From: an uncultured virus (IMG/VR IMGVR_UViG_3300020183_006727)
Taxonomy: Duplodnaviria > Heunggongvirae > Uroviricota > Caudoviricetes
DNA: 64,000 bases
Virus record (IMG/VR): IMGVR_UViG_3300020183_006727
Strand: one strand, 5' to 3'
In this document: positions 57,159-64,000 of the stretch, in pieces
How the letters are laid out: every line of letters begins with the position of its first letter
How positions within the stretch are numbered: position 1 is the first letter of the stretch
Made by a program: the position numbers and the translations under genes
Notes under the pieces: generated by a model
The model's database searches: none
What the model was told of the DNA's origin: nothing
Seen by the model: only the letters and a program-made list of their open reading frames with translations

Positions 57159-57983
57159 TTGAAGACAACGCATCCAAAAAGAAGAGGGAATCGCGGCATT
57201 AGGCGGCAAGAAACGCCGCTTGATTGCTGGATAAAATTAAAAGAATTACGTGGGGCGGGCAGCGCATTCCAGTGTGAATATATCATGCTTAGAAATCGCA
57301 TAGCAGAAGAGAATTATGATCTTGTTAACAAATTGGCAGAATTGATGCATTACAAGCACCCAGAACACAGCAAAGAAGATCTAAAAAGTTACGCTGCGCA
57401 CGGGCTTATGGATGCTATAAACAAATACGATCCAGGCAAGGGAAATAAGTTTGAGACATTCGCCACATATCGACTATTTGGATCGATGTATGATGAGATG
57501 AGGAAATCAACTTGGTCTCCAAGGCTAGTCAGACAGAGACAGGCGATATTGGATGTGCATAGGGAGAAGTTTGTGGCAGTGAACGGACGACAGCCAAATG
57601 AACACGAGCTCATTTGTGCACTGACAGAAGCAGGAGTTGAAAAGCCAGACAAGGTTGTGAAGGATGGGACTACGAGGGGATTGATTTCTATCTTTGTGCA
57701 AGATGAAAACAACAATGATTCTAAAGACATACTCATAAAAGCAGATATAAGGTCTGCCTGCGTTCAAACAGATGAATCAGAACAGATGTTTTCAAATATA
57801 AGCAGGGAGATAGGAATAATTGCCGGCAGGGTGTGTAGCATGATATATGCAGAGAATATGTCCGAAGAAGAGGTGTCTAAAAAGTTAGAGATTGGTCTTT
57901 CTGATGTTGTCAAAATACACAAAAAGGCCCTGAAAAAACTTAAGACATCTGAGTATGTTAAGATGCTCGTCGATAGAGAATGA
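57159..57983 (+). CDS. Sigma-70 family RNA polymerase sigma factor, FliA/WhiG-like; start uncertain
   Basis: LRNRI.E....LV..LA, EDL.S....GLMDAINKYDP.KG.KFETFA..R..G.MYDEMR...W.PRLVR; region 4 HTH with V.KIH.KAL.KL. Confidence 0.88.
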   Translation: MKTTHPKRRGNRGIRRQETPLDCWIKLKELRGAGSAFQCEYIMLRNRIAEENYDLVNKLAELMHYKHPEHSKEDLKSYAAHGLMDAINKYDPGKGNKFETFATYRLFGSMYDEMRKSTWSPRLVRQRQAILDVHREKFVAVNGRQPNEHELICALTEAGVEKPDKVVKDGTTRGLISIFVQDENNNDSKDILIKADIRSACVQTDESEQMFSNISREIGIIAGRVCSMIYAENMSEEEVSKKLEIGLSDVVKIHKKALKKLKTSEYVKMLVDRE

Positions 57984-57986
57984 CAA

Positions 57987-58652
57987 ATGTCAACAAGACA
58001 GAATAAGATTACACTATCCAAATTGACTGGGATGTTTCATGAAACACCATGCTTTATCATAGGAAATTCTCCTTCGCTTCTTGACATCAATCTAAACATG
58101 GTGGAGCCGTTTTTAACAATAGGAATTAACAGAGCCTACAGGGCTATGAAGCTTTCTTTTTTGATGTGGCAAGATCCTGAAATAATGAGAGATTGCAGGA
58201 TGGATCTTGAAAGATTTGACGGTGTGTGTGCCTGCCCACCACATGCAGATCCTGGAAACAGATTTTCTCATTTCACCATTCGAGGTAAAAAGTTTCACAA
58301 AAGTTCTGATCCTTCTGTGCTTTATGGAAGAGGATCAACAGGGCCATTGGCCGTGCAGTTTGCTGCAACTATAGGATGCAGACCAATTTTCATGATTGGG
58401 ATGAATTGCAGGTCAAAAGGCCGCATGACAGACTTTTACGGCAACAACAGAGACTGGAAGCCGCACACTCCAAGGCTATGTGCCGACGGGTTAAAATGGA
58501 TATCCACAAACTTTACACATGAAGAAGTCGAAAACTTATCATCTAGTCCACATGCAGTTTACAATGCAACAAAGAAATTTGCTAAACATGCACTGGGGCG
58601 AGAGCAATATCTTTCGATGATCAGACGAAGATCTTCGTCTCTAAGATCGTAA
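57987..58652 (+). CDS. DUF115/MptE-like (Maf-type glycosyltransferase-like) protein
   Basis: CFIIGNSPSL, TIGINR, ST...AVQFA..IG...IFMIGM. Confidence 0.65.
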   Translation: MSTRQNKITLSKLTGMFHETPCFIIGNSPSLLDINLNMVEPFLTIGINRAYRAMKLSFLMWQDPEIMRDCRMDLERFDGVCACPPHADPGNRFSHFTIRGKKFHKSSDPSVLYGRGSTGPLAVQFAATIGCRPIFMIGMNCRSKGRMTDFYGNNRDWKPHTPRLCADGLKWISTNFTHEEVENLSSSPHAVYNATKKFAKHALGREQYLSMIRRRSSSLRS

Positions 58653-58696
58653 TCTTGTATTAAGGACTCAAGCGGTCAAAAGAAATATGGAGAAAA

Positions 58697-61237
58697 ATGG
58701 AAAACGAAAACAAGTGCTGTGGCGGTGTTTCATGTGGTTCGTGCGAAAAGAATATATACTCCTATCAGGAGGCCCTTACTGCAAGCACGGCCTACTTCGG
58801 TGGAGACGACTTGTCTGCAAAAGTATTCGTGGACAAATATGCCCTCCGAGACAGAAAGAACAACCTGCTAGAGAAGTCTCCGAAGGACATGCACTGGAGG
58901 ATCGCAAAAGAGTTCGCACGCATAGAGGCTAAAAAGTTCAAGAATCCGTATTCTGCTGAATTTCTTTTCAGTCTGATGGATCACTTCAAGTACATAGTGC
59001 CGCAGGGATCTCCGATGTACGGGATTGGCAACAACCAGCAATACATCAGCCTGAGCAACTGCTATGTCATTGCATCTCCGCACGATTCTTACGGCTCTAT
59101 CATGTCCGCAGACGAATGCCTGGTTCAGATCAGCAAGCGTCGTGGCGGAGTTGGCTTGAATCTTTCCAATCTCAGACCGAACGGCAGCCCCACAAGGAAT
59201 GCCGCCCGAACAAGCACTGGCGTGATATCTTTCGCAGAGCGCTTTTCAAATTCCATCAGAGAGGTTGGACAGGCAGGTCGACGCGGTGCCCTTATGTTGA
59301 CCCTTGATGTCCACCACCCGGACATCGAAGAGTTTACGGTTATGAAGCGAGACCTGACAAAAGTCACCGGAGCCAACATATCAGTCATGCTGTATGATGA
59401 TTTCTTGGAGGCAGTTGATAAGGGAGAAAAGTATGAGCAGAGGTGGCCATGCAATTCGGACGAGCCACAGATCAGAAAGAATGTCGATGCCAAGAAGATA
59501 TGGCGCTTGATTGTTGAAAATGCACACCACATGGCCGAGCCTGGTCTTCTGTTCTGGGACAACATCATCAAGGAAAGTCCTGCTGATTGCTATGCATCTG
59601 ATGGATTTGAAACAATCAGCACGAATCCATGTTCAGAAATCCCGCTGTCTGCATTTGACTCTTGCCGTCTGATGCTTTTGAATGCCTTCAGCTATGTTGA
59701 AAATCCATTCACCAGCAAGGCCAAGTTCAACTTCAAATTGTTCTCTGAGCATGTTGCCGTGTGCCAGAGATTGATGGATGATTTGGTGGATCTTGAGATT
59801 GAATGCATCGACAGGATCATTGACAAGGTCAAGAAGGACCCCGAGGAGCCTAAATTCCGCCAGCGAGAACTTGAGTTGTGGAAAGACATAAGAAATGCTG
59901 CCTCGAGAGGCAGACGAACGGGAACGGGATTGACTGCTGTGGGAGACACCCTTGCAGCTTTGGGCATGCCATACACTTCAGATGAGGGAATATCCACAAT
60001 CACCAAGATATACAAGACCATGAAATTGTCTGCCTACAGGAGCAGCGTTGACATGGCGATGGAGATTGGAGCCTTCCCAATTTGGGACGCAGATAAAGAG
60101 TCAGGCAATCCGTTCCTAAAACGAATGAAGTCTGAAGATCCAGAGCTTTATGCCGACATGCAGAAATACGGAAGGCGCAATATCGCTCTGCTAACTACGG
60201 CACCATGTGGATCAGTTTCTATCTTGACACAGACAAGTTCTGGGATTGAACCACAGTTCATGGTTGCTCCATACATCCGAAGAAAAAAGGGGAACCCAGG
60301 AGACATTGGATTCCGATCCGATTTTGTTGACCAAAACGGAGATCACTGGATGGAGTTTAAAGTGTATCCGCCAAAGGTTAAGATGTGGGTTGATGTCACA
60401 GGAGAGGACGACATCACCAAAAGTCCATGGGCGGGCAGCACTGCATCTGAACTTGATTGGAAGAAGAGAGTCAAGTTACAGGCTTCGGCGCAGAAGCACA
60501 TAGATCACGCCATCAGTTCCACCCTAAATCTGTCGGCCGATGCCACAGTCGAGGCAGTTGATGAGATTTATAGAACTGCCTGGAAGGCTGGCTGCAAAGG
60601 TATCACCATCTATCGCGATGGGTGTAGAACTGGGGTACTTGTTGATGAAAAGAAGGCATCTGCTGAAAAGAATGATGAAATCATCAACACCAAAGCCCCA
60701 AAGAGGCCGGAAACTCTCGCTTGCGATGTTCATCACATTCAGGTGAAGGGCTCTCCATTCGTGGTGTTTGTTGGTCTTCTAAAAAGCAAACCATATGAAG
60801 TCTTTGCCCTTCCAAACAAATCAGATGGAGACGATAAGGAACTGATGGTTTCCAAGTCTTTCACTTCGGGACTGACAACGAAGGAGGCTAGAGGCAAATA
60901 CAGAATCGATCTCGTTGATAAATATGACAGTAGACTGTCAATCAGCAAAGTGAATGACAAGGAGACTGAGGACGAGGCTGCTCTCACGAGGATAATTTCG
61001 ACTGCTTTGCGTCATGGTGCAGATATACAGTTCATTGTTCAGCAACTTGAGAAGGTTCAGGGAGACATGAATAACTTCAGCAGATCTGTTGCACGAGCTC
61101 TGAAAAAATATATTCCCGATGGCACCGAGGTCACAGGAGAGACTTGTGCCAGCTGTGAGACAAAAGACAAATGCAGTCTGATCAGGCAGGAAGGTTGTGT
61201 AACCTGCAGATCTTGTGGATGGACCAAGTGCAACTGA
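58697..61237 (+). CDS. nrdJ: Class II (adenosylcobalamin-dependent) ribonucleotide reductase
   Basis: SNCY, RRGGVG, GRRGALM, TNPCSEI, GRRTGTG, TTAP.G, KGITIYRDG; C-terminal TSCPD-like domain and CxxC; no beta subunit nearby. Confidence 0.92.
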   Translation: MENENKCCGGVSCGSCEKNIYSYQEALTASTAYFGGDDLSAKVFVDKYALRDRKNNLLEKSPKDMHWRIAKEFARIEAKKFKNPYSAEFLFSLMDHFKYIVPQGSPMYGIGNNQQYISLSNCYVIASPHDSYGSIMSADECLVQISKRRGGVGLNLSNLRPNGSPTRNAARTSTGVISFAERFSNSIREVGQAGRRGALMLTLDVHHPDIEEFTVMKRDLTKVTGANISVMLYDDFLEAVDKGEKYEQRWPCNSDEPQIRKNVDAKKIWRLIVENAHHMAEPGLLFWDNIIKESPADCYASDGFETISTNPCSEIPLSAFDSCRLMLLNAFSYVENPFTSKAKFNFKLFSEHVAVCQRLMDDLVDLEIECIDRIIDKVKKDPEEPKFRQRELELWKDIRNAASRGRRTGTGLTAVGDTLAALGMPYTSDEGISTITKIYKTMKLSAYRSSVDMAMEIGAFPIWDADKESGNPFLKRMKSEDPELYADMQKYGRRNIALLTTAPCGSVSILTQTSSGIEPQFMVAPYIRRKKGNPGDIGFRSDFVDQNGDHWMEFKVYPPKVKMWVDVTGEDDITKSPWAGSTASELDWKKRVKLQASAQKHIDHAISSTLNLSADATVEAVDEIYRTAWKAGCKGITIYRDGCRTGVLVDEKKASAEKNDEIINTKAPKRPETLACDVHHIQVKGSPFVVFVGLLKSKPYEVFALPNKSDGDDKELMVSKSFTSGLTTKEARGKYRIDLVDKYDSRLSISKVNDKETEDEAALTRIISTALRHGADIQFIVQQLEKVQGDMNNFSRSVARALKKYIPDGTEVTGETCASCETKDKCSLIRQEGCVTCRSCGWTKCN

Positions 61238-61245
61238 GGATATAA

Positions 61246-61728
61246 ATGTATCATAACATCAATGTTGCTTTTGATCTGAAGCATGTCATAAAATTTGAAC
61301 TTGAGGAGGGGGCAACGCCTCCTCAAAAGGCCCACCCAGACGACGCAGGATGGGATCTAGTGGCTCTTGACGATGGAGAGGCGACATTTGGTCTTGATGG
61401 ATCGGTAGACCTCATCAAATACAACACTGGCGTGAAATGCGACCCGCATGGTGCATATTTGCTTCTGTTTCCGCGCAGCAGTGTTTGCAAAACAGATTTG
61501 GTGATGGGAAACTCCGTTGGTCTTATCGATCCTGGCTACAGGGGTAACATAATTGCCGCCTTCAGACCAATCAGAAATCAAAACAAACCTGAAATGATGA
61601 AGAAATACAAGAAAGGTGACCGAATTGCTCAACTTGTACCCATGATGCCCATGGTGGCAGAATTTGTGCGTGATTCCGTTTCCCGATCAGGGAGGGGATC
61701 TGGAGGTTTTGGATCAACAGGTAGTTGA
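61246..61728 (+). CDS. dut: Trimeric dUTPase
   Basis: AGWDL, PRSS, GLIDPGYRG, RIAQLV, RGSGGFGSTG. Confidence 0.96.
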   Translation: MYHNINVAFDLKHVIKFELEEGATPPQKAHPDDAGWDLVALDDGEATFGLDGSVDLIKYNTGVKCDPHGAYLLLFPRSSVCKTDLVMGNSVGLIDPGYRGNIIAAFRPIRNQNKPEMMKKYKKGDRIAQLVPMMPMVAEFVRDSVSRSGRGSGGFGSTGS

Positions 61729-63533
61729 TGCCCGAATATTCCAAGGTCATTGTTGGGTACAATGCGGCCGTTTCTGAAAGCAAAGAACTGGCGCAGTTAT
61801 ATATTGCTGCCCTTGGCGCTTCCTCATCTAGGACTGTTCCACTAGACTGTTCAACAGAGCCAATTCTAGATTCTTATGAAGAATTCAGAAACACTATAGA
61901 GACTCCACTGAGAAACGCAGGAAGAGAAGGAGTCAGTGCATTTGTGCTTGGATTTCGGGTGCCAGTCGCGTTTCTTCACAATGGTGGATATGTTTCGTCG
62001 TGCTCGCGTTTGTCAAGCCCATACCCATTGGAACCAGGCAAAAGAAATCCTGCTTTCCATGCTTCTGGGAACATCAGATCATCAAAGTTGTATGAACTTG
62101 GGATTATACCAGTGTCATCCCTGGACATGCCAACTGTGGCTCAATCGAGAAAACTGATTGATCAGGTCGTATCAAATCTTGTTGGTGTTGATGTATATGG
62201 GATCCTGCTCCTTGATCCATATCCTCCTCGAGGTAAGACAAGCGATTATTTGTCTCGATCTTTAGAAGAGTTTGAAAATGGACTTGCGCCTGACATGTTT
62301 CCTTCATACAGAAGGTCGGTGGAACAGCCAATACCCTATGACTCTTCGTTTCCCTATGTTTCAGGAGACAGCTTCTTTTATGGTTGGGGTCTGCAGGAGG
62401 CCAATGAATCTTATTTCGTTAGTGGATTTGACAAGAGGGCCATATTCGTAAATGCTGATGGTGGATCGTTATCGAAAGTCAGACCGTCCGACGGAGGATT
62501 TTCCCCGTGTGTGTCTGCTGCGTCTGCTGGTTATGGCTTTGTGATTGGATCCGTTGGGCCACCACCTGCAGACATGATTGATCCATATATTCAGCAGGAT
62601 CCATATGGGCAATACGATGAGTTTGGAGGGGCTCCGCATCCAACATCCCTGTTCATATCAGTCGCAAACAAGGAAACATGTGGGGAGTCTTGGTGTCTTT
62701 CATCTCCTGCGTTGGACACGTCGTTCGGATGTATAGGATGCCCATTTGGAAAATTCACCGTCAATAGGTCTGTGGCAACCCAGAAGCTGAATAGTGTAGA
62801 AATGCTAGAAGAAACCATGTTCATGCTGTCACAAATTGTGGCCAAGATGAACAGGAGCGGAAAGAAGATAGATGCATACCTAAATAGTTTTTTCACACCA
62901 TCAACAGATGTCTCAGACGCTCTTTTTAAATTAAAAATGAGAGAAATTGTTACACCTTTTTCAACAGATAATGGAGTCGTGAGTACTAAAGGTAGTCTTT
63001 CTTTTTTGATGATAGGTTACAATCATTTTGTATCACAGATATCATATGGGCAGTCAAATTTAAATATCGAACCATCATTCGTTGAGTTCGTCAGTAATGC
63101 AAATCAAAAACTATCTGGATCTTTCTTATCTTACACTCCAGGGGGCCCACAACTGATTAAGGAAATATCTGCACTCAATGTGGAGAAGCCTGGAACTTGG
63201 ACTGCAGAGTTCCCACTGCAGGACATGAACGGAATGCTTGGATTTATACACTTCCAAGCGAAGGTATACAATGAGGACGGAGATCTGATCGACGAGTTGA
63301 AAAGTTACAACAACCAGAGTAGATGGAAGTATGAGATATATTCAGGAAGGATGAAAGAAATACCTCTTTTGGGAGTATTCTCTGGAAGGGTCGGTGCAAA
63401 CATCAGGATGATATCAGGAAATTCTGGATCTAGTTTGAAAATATCTGAAAGAGGTCGGGTTATGATCAGACAAATTCTTGACAGAACAACGGTAGGCGAG
63501 TGGTTTGAGACCACCACCATAGCAACCACATGA
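61728..63533 (+). CDS. Hypothetical protein, N-terminus TIGR03790-like
   Basis: V.YN....S..LA..Y ... I..PL ... VP ... GW pattern. Confidence 0.6.
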   Translation: MPEYSKVIVGYNAAVSESKELAQLYIAALGASSSRTVPLDCSTEPILDSYEEFRNTIETPLRNAGREGVSAFVLGFRVPVAFLHNGGYVSSCSRLSSPYPLEPGKRNPAFHASGNIRSSKLYELGIIPVSSLDMPTVAQSRKLIDQVVSNLVGVDVYGILLLDPYPPRGKTSDYLSRSLEEFENGLAPDMFPSYRRSVEQPIPYDSSFPYVSGDSFFYGWGLQEANESYFVSGFDKRAIFVNADGGSLSKVRPSDGGFSPCVSAASAGYGFVIGSVGPPPADMIDPYIQQDPYGQYDEFGGAPHPTSLFISVANKETCGESWCLSSPALDTSFGCIGCPFGKFTVNRSVATQKLNSVEMLEETMFMLSQIVAKMNRSGKKIDAYLNSFFTPSTDVSDALFKLKMREIVTPFSTDNGVVSTKGSLSFLMIGYNHFVSQISYGQSNLNIEPSFVEFVSNANQKLSGSFLSYTPGGPQLIKEISALNVEKPGTWTAEFPLQDMNGMLGFIHFQAKVYNEDGDLIDELKSYNNQSRWKYEIYSGRMKEIPLLGVFSGRVGANIRMISGNSGSSLKISERGRVMIRQILDRTTVGEWFETTTIATT

Positions 63534-64000
63534 TCAGGCTAACAATAAAACCAAGAACATTTTGGGAATCTTTGAGCGCGGTTGCTGTTATCAAAGAAGA
63601 GATGGTAGATGTATTAGGCTATCTGCCAAGACTGATATCCACTGTCTACAAAACAGACACCAACTATCTCAATTTTAGGTCGAGGTCTTTCTTGACCGGA
63701 ATAGCCACCTTAGGTAGCGATCTTCAGAGGAGGATAGACACCTCTGTTCCAAGGTCAGCACACCTTTTCAAGGTTTTTTCTAAATCAGTGAGATCTAGTC
63801 ACAAAATATCTGTTGCTGAATTCATGCGTGAAAACTTCATTGCATGTCCAGCACTGGTTGCAGAAACACTTGCAAGAGCTTCTATGGAAAAAGACTTACC
63901 GATTGGAGATTCGTCCGCAGAGTGGAAAGACCTAAATTGCGGGGCTTCTGATATCTCAGCAGGAGAGTTCTCTTCAAGACCACTATCATGGTCTTGGATA
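63530..64000 (+). CDS. Hypothetical protein, partial (runs off the window)
   Basis: ATG overlapping the previous stop; open to the end (MIRLTIKPRTFWESL...). Confidence 0.6.
   Translation, partial: MIRLTIKPRTFWESLSAVAVIKEEMVDVLGYLPRLISTVYKTDTNYLNFRSRSFLTGIATLGSDLQRRIDTSVPRSAHLFKVFSKSVRSSHKISVAEFMRENFIACPALVAETLARASMEKDLPIGDSSAEWKDLNCGASDISAGEFSSRPLSWSWI

Noticed and set aside
43077..61237. Introns or inteins in thyX, nrdJ or the methyltransferase
   Set aside because: thyX and nrdJ look contiguous with normal length; the MTase insert lacks intein termini and lies in the variable region

Overview
This window looks like part of a large (jumbo-type) bacteriophage genome with a diderm host, possibly a planctomycete (inference). 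No capsid, terminase, integrase or CRISPR array was recognised. It has three zones. (1) Bases 1-~320 are a bacterial-looking metal ABC-transporter fragment that is abruptly truncated. (2) Bases ~400-14950 are a GC-rich, C-skewed array of ~25 small + strand genes. In 14 cases the motif ACCGGCGCGC starts exactly 30 nt before the ATG. The array runs into a mostly non-coding region where the same motif forms 35-bp palindromes, together with duplicated modules and a 6x23-bp tandem repeat at an apparent skew switch. (3) Bases ~15150-64000 are purine-rich and lower in GC. They hold many unrelated proteins sharing short leaders (W-x-x-IG-x-x-x-GW, M-x-W-Y/F-KRA, K-x-A sites), one of them grafted onto glucose-6-phosphate dehydrogenase, and a second promoter-like motif (AGG-N18-GAAAT). 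This zone also has 2 tRNAs, an 11.6-kb sugar/glycosyl/methyltransferase cluster, an outer-membrane beta-barrel, thyX, a modular C5 DNA methyltransferase with an overlapping second ORF, SOD, a FliA/WhiG-like sigma factor, class II RNR and dUTPase. The best candidates for undescribed systems are the fixed-spacing motif/cassette array with its palindrome cluster, and the shared leader/cleavage-tag system on cargo proteins including host-derived enzymes. All family calls come from motif recognition by eye; no searches were run.
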